Shown: positions 50,349 to 63,749 of the stretch, in pieces | Numbering within the stretch: the stretch's first letter is position 1 | Layout of the letters: every line of letters starts with the position of its first letter | Source of the DNA: Syncephalis fuscata S228 | Taxonomy: Eukaryota > Fungi > Zoopagomycota | Length of the DNA: 64,000 nucleotides | Reading direction: 5' to 3' | NCBI GenBank assembly: GCA_025786725.1 | Contig: JAHLTZ010000031.1 | Location: 124,001 to 188,000 of the forward strand | Translations under genes and position numbers: made by a program | The notes under the pieces: generated by a model | Told to the model about the DNA's origin: nothing | Database searches by the model: none | What the model saw: only the letters and a program-made list of their open reading frames with translations

Positions 50349-51623
50349 ATTATTACGACTAAACTGCGTAGTTCGTATTTAAATAAATTTAGCTTCATAA
50401 ACTTTTATTTTAACAATGTTATTCATATTGTAAATATAATCAAAATGACTGACAACACAAATGCAAAACAATTACACCTATATAGCACATTTAAGTCGTT
50501 TCTTTCTTATCCAGCCGTCCCCGCTGACATGTCGGCTTACACGTCAGTCACCGGCTTTGGCCGCGCATACAAAGTCGCTGCTTTCAGTCGGTGTAACAGA
50601 AGATTGTTGCTGTTAGCTTGCGCTAGTGGTATTTAAGAAGCTGCTGGTTTTGGCTGGCAAATACAAACGCTGAATAACAATTAGCGCGCGATATGACTGT
50701 GGCGATTGTTGATTTCAGCTCACGGTAAATTGCGATGCTAAATGAACCCGTTATTTTATCGTTCTGTGGTATTAAACGGTCAGTGTTCCTAGGCCCCTAA
50801 ATATTATGCACTTAGTACCATAATCCATATCACTCCCCCCCCCCCTATTACTGGCCTTAGCTGCACCCGAAATAATTTAATTATCATTGTAGACGCAAGT
50901 TTACTGAATTAATAAAACATTAACTTTTATGTAGTGGCCAAACATAACAAAACATAGTTGCGTAATATGATAATAGTTTTATTCGATATAATGTGTGGAT
51001 ATTTGAATATAGTTAAATGTGGTGGTTGTAGTGTGTATATGATACTGCCATGCATGCGCGGGTATCAATACACGCAACGTAATACGCATTGCTATCTCAG
51101 GTTACACAGAACGTGTACCTCACATGTTATTTTTGCACTAAGCCGGGTTTCTCAGCAAGTTATTCTTATTTAACTTGCTTAAATGGAATAGGGCTTTGGG
51201 TTTTTACCATAACAGGCTCTTATGTAATCCCACACGAGAATTTAAGCGATACCGCAATAGCAGTTTAACTAAATAAAATGAATAAATAAAATGATTGTAG
51301 TACTTTCTCAGATCTTTGCATGGCATATAAATAGAAAGTGTATGGACCTCAAGGTGCGTTTTCTTTGTGCGATATCTATTGCATAAACACGAATTGCTTC
51401 AGGCCTTGGGTTACATAAACGCTACAGAAATCTGCACCTAGTGCCAACCATAGAAAGTGGTAACCGACAAAAAAAGAAAATCCTGACCTAAGTACCAACA
51501 GGTTATGATGGCAAATTACAAATCTACATACTATATAAAATACTGCTTGTTCTTATACTTGCTGCACTTTTTTGTCTTATCGATACTACTGTCAACAGCT
51601 GGGTCTTTTTATTTTTTACTAAA

Positions 51624-53763
51624 ATGACTGTTTTATCAACGTTTGTTACTCCATTATTAGATATACTGCTTGACTGGAAGATGGTTGGAATTGCCGCAGG
51701 TGCCTGGCTGCTAGGTCAAGTAAGCTATAAAGAGTATTTGGAATTGTACTAACATAATATATAAAGATTATTTATGATGACTTCATTTCGCCAAATGCTA
51801 AAATACCTGGAATGCGGCCACTCATTCTAAGCAAGTGCATGTTTTTTTATTATGCAATACAAGGAAGATTATTTCATTATATGGCAGAAGCATGCCAGAA
51901 ATATGGCAGTGTTTGCCGGATTCGTGAGTTTTAATATTTCATTTTTACCACACACTTAACTAATAAATACTATTATACTATTGGTTAGAGCCGAACATAG
52001 TTTGTATTGATGATCCAGATGCTGTTCGAACCATCTGTGTGTCTTCAAGGTTCATTAAAGATGATATTTATAAATCTTTTGAGTTCCATGGACCTAACAT
52101 CTTCTCAACTCGGTAAGTGTATTATTTAATAATAATATATATCTACTAACTGTAATATATGACGATAGAGACGTTGGATCTCATCGGAAATTGGTTAGTA
52201 AATAGGTTATATAGCAATAGTATATCTAATATAGTAATATAGAAACGTACAATTGGTCCTGTGTTTTCGCAGACTTCAGTGGCAGATCTAGAGCCATTGA
52301 TTTATGAGACTGGTGTGAAGCATCTTGTAAACAAGATCAATGATAATGCCGAGTCAGGAATTACATTTGATATTGAGGAATTGCTTCATTATACAACATT
52401 GGTAACTATTAGCTTAATAAACTTATTGTTACTATTACTAATAGCAGTAATCAATAGGATACTATTGGTGCTATAGCATTTGGAGAATCTTTCAATACAC
52501 TGCATACAAAACCAGGTGAAAAACCACATCCTATAATTCATTGGATCAGCCATATTGGTTTTCTGGGATTCTTGGTAGGTATTAGATATATACATTAAGC
52601 AATAGTTTGACCTGATATAACTTTTATAGAAAAATACTTTAGGTGTCCTATGTAATCGATGGATATTCCCCAAGTATTTCAAATCCGAAAGGCAAATTAT
52701 TGAGGTATAGTAGTCTATGTTTAAGGTTTATTAGACTAATTTAGCTATCAATTTATAGTTTACACGCAATGCAATTTTCAAACGCATAGCAAGAGCAGAA
52801 GAAGACGAAAAAAATGGCGTTGCTAATGAAAATAATAACGACGTGCTTATACGCCTAATCAATTCAGAAGATCCAGAAACCGGTGAAAGACTAAGTGTTA
52901 ATCAAATAGTTTCTGAGTCGATTATTCAGCTGTAAGTAATAACATTTACATAATAAATAGTACACTGATGGACTAATATTTATGCTATTGTTATTAGTAT
53001 CGGTGGCACTGATACGACAGCACTGACTATGACTTGGTAAGCGCACAATGGTTGCTATTAACGATATAAATAATACCAATGTATCGATATTAGGGCATTG
53101 CACTTGTTACAGCAATATCCAGCTGTATGTCAAAAGCTTTATGAGGAACTTGAAGAATGTATTCCAGACCGAACAAAGGTCATTCATTACAGTGATGTAA
53201 AGAATCTGACCTACCTTACTGCTGTACTCTATGAAACCATACGTATGTATCCGGCAGCAGGCGCCACCTTTAGAAAAAGTCCACCTGGTGGTATAGAACT
53301 ATCAGGCGTATATATTCCTGAAGGTGTAAGTAGTACATTCAAATGTTAATACTTTCAGTTAACTTTATTATATTATAGTATTCAATCCATACAGCATTAC
53401 TATCAATCCATTTCTCTACCAAAATTTTCGGTAAAGATGCAGGTGTATTCCGACCAGAACGCTGGCTAGATACCGATCCTGAACAGTTAAGAATTATGCG
53501 TCAATCATTTTTAGGATTTTCCATAGGATCTTATGCTTGTATCGGCCAGAAGTAAGTATTGATGTTATGTTGGTTGTACACATACTAACGCTGTTTACTA
53601 TAGTCTTGCTTGGATGGAATTGCGTTTATTATTGTCAACACTTGTAAGACGGTTTGAATTTGTAGTCCCACCAGGTGAAGAACGACATGACCCCGTATAT
53701 CAGTTTGTTATCCAGCCTCGTGGTGGCTGTTACAAAGTTAAAGCGACTCATCGTGCCAACTAA
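51624..53763 (+). CDS. Cytochrome P450 copy B
   Basis: ATG 51624 with N-terminal anchor, KIPG, KYGSVCRI, IGGTDTT, ETIRMYP, FRPERW, heme region FSIGSYACIG; TATA 51532-51540; stop 53761-53763. Confidence 0.88.
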
Positions 53764-54464
53764 ATTATTACGACTAAACTGCGTAGTTCGTATTTAAATA
53801 AATTTAGTTTCATGCAAGCTTTTATTTTAACAATGTTATTCATATTGTAAATATAATCAAAATGAACAACCAACAGACTTATAATAATTTAAAACTACAT
53901 AATACACTTAAATAAATGAGACAATAATGCTAAATGGCATCATTATGACAATTTTTGGTGAGCACGTGGCTGGTCGTCATTATACATACAGGTCATCGCA
54001 TGACATTTGTTTAATAATGTCGCTGCCTCTATTAATCCAAATAAAGAAGTTGGTTACTACACTAGATTGCGTATGGATAATGAATACACGTGTTTAGAAT
54101 GCTATTACAGTGCTGCAAACCAGTAGCAAGCCATCGGCGTGATGTCGCTGATTGTCGCCATATTCAAGCTTGCCCGCTTATCTGCAAACATCCTGTACAT
54201 TCACATGGTAAGACGCAATAATTGCACACTAAACCAAGCCTTTCAACGCTAATAGACTCTGCAGAAACATCCATTGCACAACTCAGCTATTCAAGATATG
54301 CAAGCAATCCAAAAAAGATTTGAACCTGAATACTAACCGGTTATTATAATAGAACACAAGCCTACATACTATATAAAATGATGTTATGTCTGTCTACTTG
54401 TTGCTAGTCACTTTTCCTACCAATACTATTGCAAACACCAGAATTACTTTTGTTCATTGTTAAA

Positions 54465-56599
54465 ATGGCCGTTTTATCGACGCTTGTCACTCCACTATTA
54501 GATATAATACTTGACTGGCAAGTAATTGGAGTTGCAGCTGGTGCCTGGTTCTTGGGCCAAGTAAGCTACAAAGAGTATTTGGAATTGTACTAACATAATA
54601 TATAAAGATTATTTATGATGACTTCATTTCGCCAGGTGCTAAAATACCTGGAATGCGGCCACTCATTCTAAGCAATTATGTTTATCTATGCTGCAGTGAA
54701 GGGAAGAGCATTTCATTATATGGCAGAAGCATGCCAGAAACATGGTAGCGTTTGCCGGATTCGTGAGTTTTAATATTTCATTTTTACCGCACACTTAACT
54801 AATAAATACTATTATACTATTGGTTAGAGCCGAACATAGTTTGTATTGATGATCCAGATGCTGTTCGAACCATCTATATGTCTTCAAGGTTCATTAAAGG
54901 CGATATCTATAAATCTTTTGATTTCCATGGACCTAACATCTTCTCAACTCAGTAAGTGTATTTTTAATAATAATATATATCTACTAACTGTAATATATGA
55001 CAATAGAGACGTTGAATTTCATCGGAAATTGGTTAGTAAATAGGTTATATAGCAATAGTATATCTAATATAGTAATATAGAAACGTACAATTGGTCCTGT
55101 GTTTTCGCAGACTTCAGTGGCAGATCTAGAGCCATTGATTTATGAGACTGGTGTGAAGCATCTTGTAAACAAATAATGATAATGTCGAGTCAGGAATTAC
55201 ATTTGATATTCAAGAATTACTGCATTATACAACATTGGTAACTATTAGCTTAATAAACGTATTGCTATATTACTAATAGCAGTAATCAATAGGATACTAT
55301 TGGTGCTATAGCATTTGGAGAATCTTTCAATACACTGCATACAAAACCAGGTGAAAAACCACATCCTATAATTCATTGGATCAGCCATATTTCTTTTCTA
55401 AGCTTCTTGGTAGGTATTAGATATATACATTAAGCAATAGTTTGACCTAATATAACTTTTATAGAAAGACGCTTTAGGTGTCCTATGTAATCGATGGATA
55501 TTCCCCAAGTATTTCAAATCCGAAAGGCAAATCATTGAGGTATAGTAGTCTATGTTTAAGGTTTTATTAGACTAATTCAACTATCAATTTATAGTTTACA
55601 CGCAATGCAATTTTCAAACGCATAGCAAGAGCAGAAGAAGACGAAAAAAATGGCGTTGCTAATGAAAATAATAACGACGTGCTTATACGCCTAATCAATT
55701 CAGAAGATCCAGAAACTGGTGAAAGACTAAGTGTTAATCAAATAGTTTCTGAGTCGATTGTTCAGCTGTAAGTAATAACATTTACATAATAAATAGTACG
55801 CTGATGGACTAATATTTATGCTATTGTTATTAGTATCGGTGGCACTGATACGACAGCACTGACTATGACTTGGTAAGCGCACAATGGTTGCTATTAACGA
55901 TATAAATAATACCAATGTATCGATATTAGGGCATTGCACTTGTTACATCAATATCCAGCTGTATGTCAAAAGCTTTATGAGGAACTTGAAGAATGTATTC
56001 CAGACCGAACAAAGTCATTCATTACAGTGATGTAAAGAATCTGACCTACCTTACTGCCGTACTCTATGAGTCAATGCGTATATATCCAGCAGCAGGCGGT
56101 ACCGCTAGAAAGAGTCCACCTGGTGGTATAGAACTATCAGGCGTATATATTCCTGAAGGTGTAAGTAGTACATTTGTGTATTAATATAGCATTTAATTAT
56201 ATTATATTATAGTATGAGATTAATACAGCATTACTATCGTTCATTCCTCTACTGAGGTTTATGGTAAAGATGCAGATGTATTCCGACCAGAACGTTGGCT
56301 AGAGGCTGAGCCGGAGCAATTAAAAGCTATGCGGCAATCATTTATAACGTTCTCTATGGGATCTCGTGCCTGTATTGGCCAGAAGTAAGTATTGATGTTA
56401 TGTTAGTTGTACACATATTAACACTGTTTGCTATAGTCTTGCTTGGATGGAATTGCGTTTATTATTGTCAACACTAGTAAGACAGTTTGAATTTGTAGTC
56501 CCACCAGGTGAAGAAGTTGACATGACACCCGTATTCAAGTTTACTAATCAGCCCAATGGCGGCTGCTACAAAGTTAAAGCGACTCATCGTGCCAACTAA
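54465..56599 (+). CDS. Cytochrome P450 copy C (several apparent single-base deletions)
   Basis: ATG 54465, same exon structure as copy B; IGGTDTT, ESMRIYP, FRPERW, FSMGSRACIG; TATA 54370-54378; stop 56597-56599. Confidence 0.85.
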
Positions 56600-56859
56600 A
56601 TTATTACGACTAAACTGCGTAGTTCGTATTTAAATAAATTTAGCTTTATAAACCTTTTATTTTAACAATGTTATTCATATTGTAAATATAATCAAAATGA
56701 CTACAACACAAATGTAAAACAATCTAAAACTACATAATACACTTAAATAAATGAGACAATAATGCTAAATGGCATCACATTTATAGACATAAATAAATAG
56801 TGAATTTTCATATCATATATCGTTTGTTACCCTTTATGAACCGCGTCTTTTAATCTACC

Positions 56860-58529
56860 ATGGAACGGCAGGAGTTACGCAATCCAGTTCTTAAGCAATT
56901 GGTAATAAACTTGGAATCTAATATTAACGCCAAAGCTAGTGGAAGATTAAGATTACAAAATGATCGTTTACGTGTTCAGCTATTGGACATTAAACCAGTA
57001 AGTAACATGAATCCCAACTGTATTATATTAATGGTAGTATTGCTTATTAAACTGACTAATAGAAAGCAGATGGCCAGCAATGTCTGTAATCTCTGATAGG
57101 TTCAGCTACATTCCAGGCTTGTTTCACGCTAATAGTCTTTACAACAATGACGAAAGGTAATTGTTACGCAGTTTAGTTACAGTCATTCTTATTTATAATG
57201 AATAGTATTACACTAGTGAATTGTTAGAGTACAAATATGTGCTATTTACTATTACAGAATTTGCGTTACTTGGAAGAAACCGACAGAAAATAATGTACAA
57301 CTGCGATTAGAAATCTATAAAGCAAGTGTTTATGATATACCAATGTCATTGGTACAATTCGGCTCTCCCATTTCAATTACTACAGATCCATATATTATAA
57401 AACTATTAAATCTACCTGTAACATCTACTACAACACCTACTAGTAAGTATTAATAAGATATATAGCATGATAATTAATACAATAGTTATCTAGGTAAAAC
57501 AATTGATAAATCAACAACATAACAACAACAACAACGCCTGTTCCATTGGTTGATGTATGGGAAGTAAGTGTAAATAGTGTTTATTAAATTACATTAAATT
57601 AATTTTATTAGTTATTTGATATAGATAATGAAGATAACTATTTAACCGATAAAGAATTACAATCCCTTTTAAAAGAACTTGATGGTATGTAATTACTCTT
57701 TTATACACATTTATTAACATGTTACATGATAGAATGTAATAACAATAGTATGGATGTTGATGGATGTGCAGAAATGAACAAAGATAGTATGGATGTATCT
57801 CAGCCTTTACTATTTAAACAAGAGATTACACCATCCAACTTACTATTATGGACTACTAAACGAAATGATTATTTATACCAACAACAGCTATCTGATATAC
57901 AGTCGATGGTAGACATAATACCATTAAATGAAGATATAACCGCTTCATTAACTGAATATTTAGATCAATTGAATCTATCACCATTAAACGAGGATAATTC
58001 AGAAAGTGAAAATAGTAATCTTGATTTTATTACAACATGGGATACTATACCATCATTGTTAACAGTAACAGTAACTAATGAATCAAAACATACATCTACT
58101 GATTCAACAATACCATCAACATCAATGGATATATGTTCAGTAATACCAAATGAATCTATTACTGAACCAATACCATCAACATCATTATCCATATCAGTTA
58201 CAAATCCACTTCATTATCCTTGTATAGATACTGTAAAACAAATCACCCCTATTACTACACCCATTAATGAATCTCCATTAATTAATCCATCTATTGAATT
58301 GATACCATCTCCATTAACTAATCCATCTATATCAACCAATACAGAAATAACATCTACAACAATTAAACGACCACGAGAACCATCTACGCTTTCTAGTGTA
58401 CAACATCTATTTCTTAATTTATTATCTGTTTCACGCGATCCTCGTTATTATGAACGACCTTTTACTACTACTACTACTACTACTACATCAATACCATCTT
58501 CATTTAAACGACCTCGCATTAACAAATAA
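56860..58529 (+). CDS. Hypothetical protein with an N-terminal OB-fold-like region (TPP1/Est3 or RPA70N-like) and an S/T/P-rich C-terminal region
   Basis: Spliced reading RVQLLDIKP-KADGQQ.../VISDRFSYIPGLF...LFTITEFALL.../VQLRLEIYKASV...QFGSPISITTDPYIIKLL, which needs two 1-nt corrections. The last exon lies in ORF 57726-58529. Confidence 0.55.
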
Positions 58530-58574
58530 CCGTATAATAATCACTTTTTTATTTGCTATACATATATCAATAAA

Positions 58575-61500
58575 CTAATGCTGCTTTTTACCATTAATTG
58601 CTAAATGGCGTCGAATATATGTCATTAGTGCTTTACCAGCCCGTGATCGTATAAAATGCAGTACAACAAGCCATGATACCGTCCAACTAGCCGCATCATA
58701 CATCATATACGTATCGCGTACACCAAACAATAAACATATAGCAATGTCACCCGTAAACAAAAGCGTGGATATCATTTGGGTAAATCTATAATAATAGCCA
58801 TAAGTATACAACTAGCCATTAATCCAAGCTATCCTTACCGTTTCTCAAGACGGGGTGGCATACTATTAGAGGCAATTTCTACGAGTAGTGTATAGGGTGC
58901 CACTATCCATAGGGCATGATCTGATGAATTGGGATCTACCCATAACACAGATATATTGCGTACCCAAGCGACTAATAATGGGCCAGTAAATGGAATACAC
59001 GCAAAGAATAACACTAACAGCGTAAATTGATAATGGAATCGATGCCAGGCCTGTCGTCGTAACTTGGGATCCATCTAGTGGTACGTAGTATTAATAGGTA
59101 TTTAGTTACACGACCGAAGCATCGCTTACTTCAGTTTCACCGGTTAGCCATGAACGGGCACAGGCCATCCAATGAACTAGAAAGGCCACTAAGAAGGCAA
59201 ATTGAGACGGCACAAAGGTAATAACGAGTAGAAAGAGTAGACCAGTAGAGATGGCCCGTCTACGGAATCGTTGACCATCCATGCCATCAGATCTAGCATC
59301 ATTAGATAAATGACATTAATAAAAGTAATTGCTCACCTCGAGAAGAGACGCGCCAGTCGTGGCCATCGTTTATCGATCCACACGGCAAATGACACGACCA
59401 TACCTAGTAGCAGCAATAAACTACTCGCTACTATCACCAGAATACCGATAGCTAGGAGTAGAAAGACGGTAGGCAAGAACCATAGACCACTTCCTCTATC
59501 CCCGGTGAATAAGGCCCGACCATTCCACGAGGATACATCCATTAAAGCGGCAGCATTCTGAACTGCCACTGAGGCCGTCACTACCGGGGTTGATGTAGAT
59601 ATATCGGTAAGAATGGCATCGAGTGATGGTGATCGCGTAGATGCCGTACTCATTGTATCATAATCATCAAATATCAAATTAACTGACAACGATATAATAA
59701 TCGTGCCAATAATCCAGTATCCCAAACGACGTCTAACAAATAGCGATAAACTCTCCATAAATGAAGGGTAGACACCGGTACGGGTCCATTGTTTTAACTG
59801 CATGTAAATAATGGCAAATAGTATGGCAAGTGGAAAGGCCAATACGGCCATATCTACTCGCTTTACCCATCTACCAAAACTACCATACAAATCAATAGAA
59901 ATGGATAGAGTAATAGGTCGTCGACATAGATTGTCCATCAGTAGAGATAACTCTAATCCACGCCATCCATTCAACCAAGGTGTAGAGGGTCCATAAGGAG
60001 AGGTCCATGAAAGTGAATATCTATATGACGTGCATTATAAAAGTATTTACTCTCATACAGTCTATCGGTAGATTGTCTAACCAGGGATGGAAAGGCAATT
60101 CTATCCACAAGTGATTGTTGTTCACAACTCGGTGATGCATCGATTGATAGATGGTAGGCCAACATTGGATTATTAATAAATGGGAATCGAATATGTGTAA
60201 ATAAAGAGTTTAACCGTCCATTAGGTGGGGTCAATTGAACATAAACACCGCCCAACAATAACTCTGTCAAATAGAGGATTACTATTATACATCTATCTAC
60301 TAATGTACCACTTACCTGTCCATGATGCATCTATTTGGTGGATAGATGATTTCTTGTTGGATAGTTCAACTCTTAATAGACGTGGTGGGTGTATAGTTGG
60401 ACGTGGTATAATAGCAATATAGGCATATCGTTGTTTAAGTACCTTTACCGGTAATTGTAATACAGTCCATCGACCTGTCTCACTATGTGGTATACTGTCA
60501 TAGTCATAATCACTATCGATATTATCCCATCGACTTGTATCTTTAGTAAGAGGAATACGCGTCTCCCATCCACTTGTACCACCCCCTCGTTGTGTGGCAT
60601 ATCCAGGCAATAGACCAGATAGATGACTTAGAGAAGCACAACTTAAATCATTAGAGGGTAATTCATTGGTTGATTTAGTGCCTATAAAGGCATCTTCTTC
60701 GTCACTTTAGTGTCATGACAAGCAAGAATATCCACTGGGCTATCACTGCTACTACCAAATGATCTATCTGAAATAGCCGTTAACCAAACATCTTCCTCTT
60801 CTTCTTCATTCTTCTCCTCTTCCTTCTCCCTTCCTTCGCTTCTCTATTTGGTAATGATAGGGGGAATAGTTGAATATGATCATGGGTATAGGAGAGGATG
60901 GATTGGTTGTGTAGATCATGAATACCTAGAGGTAATTGCTTTATGGGAGGCAATACAAGTATATCATCTCGACTAGTAGATAATGGGGCTGTTTACTTAG
61001 AGATATCTTAATGGTATCTTCTAATCGTGGATAATAGGCCATAGGTGATGTGGGTAGTAGAGACTTGTGGTTAGAGGTGGTTCTATCGGTATTTATACCA
61101 ATGGCCCCTTCTATGGCCTCTATATTAGTGGATTCATCTAGATGACCAAGTAGATGATGACGGAAGGCGTTTAATCGAGCACCCCGTGGTCTAGTTTGTG
61201 ATTCACGTCGTGCATCTATAACATCGTATAGAGTGTGTACAATAGACTGTACTGTAGATACACACCATAGAATACAATGATGATCCATCGATGACCATAC
61301 TTGGGGGATTGTGGTTGAATAGACGGTGAAGCCATGACTACGTGGCACAATACTTGCTACATCACATAGATCAGAGTTGATCATATTATCAGGTCGACCA
61401 CCCGAAATGGTTACTAAAACAACATCACGTAATGGATTGGCGGCACCAGGTCGTTCAAAACTACGACGCCAATAAGCATTCGTATTAAGGTAGATGTTAT

Positions 61501-62814
61501 TGATTTTACGGTCTAGAGGGGCGGGTGGGGCAATATGGGGTGATGATATAGTAAGGATGGTATTAATACTGCCCCGTTGAAAGTTAGGCAGTGTAAAGGC
61601 CACGCGACTTACAACACCGCCCATTGAATGACCTAGAATAATAACTGAAGTGGGTGCTGGATATAGTAATGATGCTCGATGTGATTGGAATTGAGTGGCG
61701 GGTCGACGTGCATGGTATAAGGTTAGAATATATTGTATAGCATCATTAATATATTCAGCCTGTTCCAACATAGATTGTCCATGAAATGCTGTAAACTCTT
61801 CATTTAAATCAACTATATATATATTATTATTATTATTATTAATAATACTGCTGTTATCTATTCTAATATGAAATACTTACGAGTAAAAAAGTCTAGTCCA
61901 AGTACACCACGTTGTGATGCAGTTGAATCACTTTCTAATTCTTTATGATAATAAATAGCTGCTTCTGAGCCAATAGATTTAACTTGTTTGTAACTACCGG
62001 CATTGCCATGGACAAATAGTATTGGAATACCGTTTAACTATTCATCTACGTATTAGTAGCGTCAGTGTTAAATAAAATAATTACTTACATCATCGAATGT
62101 GTCGTAACCATCTTCTCGGTAGAGATAGAGGGCGTATTTACCCGATAGACGTGTATATTCACTATCAAATTGATCAAGTTGTTTAAAACTAGGCCGTAGA
62201 TAGGACATATCACAAGTCTTTCGATCAAGCTGTCGCGTAAAGTAGGCATGACACGATACAAGAATAAATAGACAGGCCAGTAAAGTGACACTGAATAGAA
62301 GTGGTGACATACGTAGATGTCGTGTGGCCACTTTAAATAGATCCGATGATAAGTGTCGTCGATATGTTGCATCTCGTTGTTCACTGATAGTTGTTTCATT
62401 GTCAGAGTCACTATAGGAAGAACCGTTAGATTCACCTGATGGTGAACGGGATGCAGATTGAGAGGCACCTTGTTGAAGTCGATGACGACCACGAGGATAT
62501 GAGTTAGATGCAGTGGGGGGTGAGGGTGATGCATCTAAATACTCTTTAGTATTAAATGGGGTTGTTTTAATTAATGGTTCATTCACATCTTGATGATGCA
62601 TTGGTTCACTACACTGATTCGATAGTTCATTATTGATTTGATCTTTGGTAATAACTGGTGAGGCTAGTTGGTCGACTGCTACACCAATAAGGGCTGTATC
62701 TTCATCGATTAAACCATCTGTATCCTTGGATTGACTGGTTCCATTAGACGTCGTAATAGAATTATTGTATTCATTGGATGATTTCAATGGCATGGTGGCA
62801 TCATGTGTTGCCAT
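58575..62814 (-). CDS. BST1: GPI inositol-deacylase (PGAP1/Bst1); multiple apparent frameshifts
   Basis: CDMSYLRPSF...TRLSGKYALYLYRE, GIPILFVHGNAGSYKQVKSI, DLNEEFTAFHG, VIILGHSMGGVVSR, ISSPH, MDHHCILWC, multi-TM C-terminus with LVAWVRNI and DHALWIVAP. Confidence 0.92.
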
Positions 62815-63749
62815 ATAGTGAATGACGATAATGGCCGTAACAATAAATACTTCAATTTACTTTCTTTACCAATGGCTATCCTTGAACGGGCCTTTTCTAC
62901 AATCAATACCACACACACAAAAAAAGAGAGAAGAGATAGGTGTATAGTTGTGGACTAGACGTTTACGTTCAAGACGGTGAAAATGTCCGTGAAATAGGTC
63001 AGCAATTAGCAAGAAAGTAAAATAGTAAGTAGATTTGGAAGGCACAGAACGTGCTGGGAATAAATAAACGGAGTGCGATCTTTATAGAATCACCGAACCA
63101 ATAAATAGTTTGTATATGAGTATATAAGAGTAATGCGTATACACGCGTACGTGGGAAGTAAGGATCTGTCTGACTGTGACTAGCGTGTAGTCTACACTAC
63201 GGTGTGTTAAATAGAGCGAAATAAAAAGAAAAGAAGATTCAAGGAGTAGATGAGAAGAAGTAATCTGTGTTATGTCTTTTTTGCTTATTGAATCATTTCT
63301 TTATTGCATAAATCTGGATTACTAATAATAAAGATTAAATTAGAAGTTAAATGATGATTAAATAACATTGATCCCATTACACTGTTATACACTATTTATT
63401 GACGGTTATTTTAATTAGTATCTAATAGAATGGATATTAGTGGATACTATACTATATATATATATTGATAATAAAGGCTAATGATAGATGAATATTAACC
63501 ATATAGCTATGTCTTAAACATGTTCTATTACAATACATTTCGTAATCGTTATAATACAACTAAATATGCCGACGATGTTTAAAAGTAATACATGTATTTA
63601 TGCTGTTTCAGTAATAAAACATAGATGTATTATATAAATGAATAGAATAGTATAACAGAACATTATTTATTCATTATTCTTTATTCATTCACTCGCTCAC
63701 TATTATTTCACTGTATTATTTGAACCGTTAACCAATAACCAATAACAAC

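Noticed and set aside
52891-55939. Duplicated 70-aa minus-strand ORFs (52891-53103, 55727-55939)
   Set aside because: Antisense shadows of the duplicated P450 exons and introns.
58575-61000. Programmed frameshifting or true pseudogenisation of BST1 and PMT
   Set aside because: No consistent slippery motif and no nonsense substitutions seen; the same indel pattern occurs across unrelated genes, which points to assembly error.
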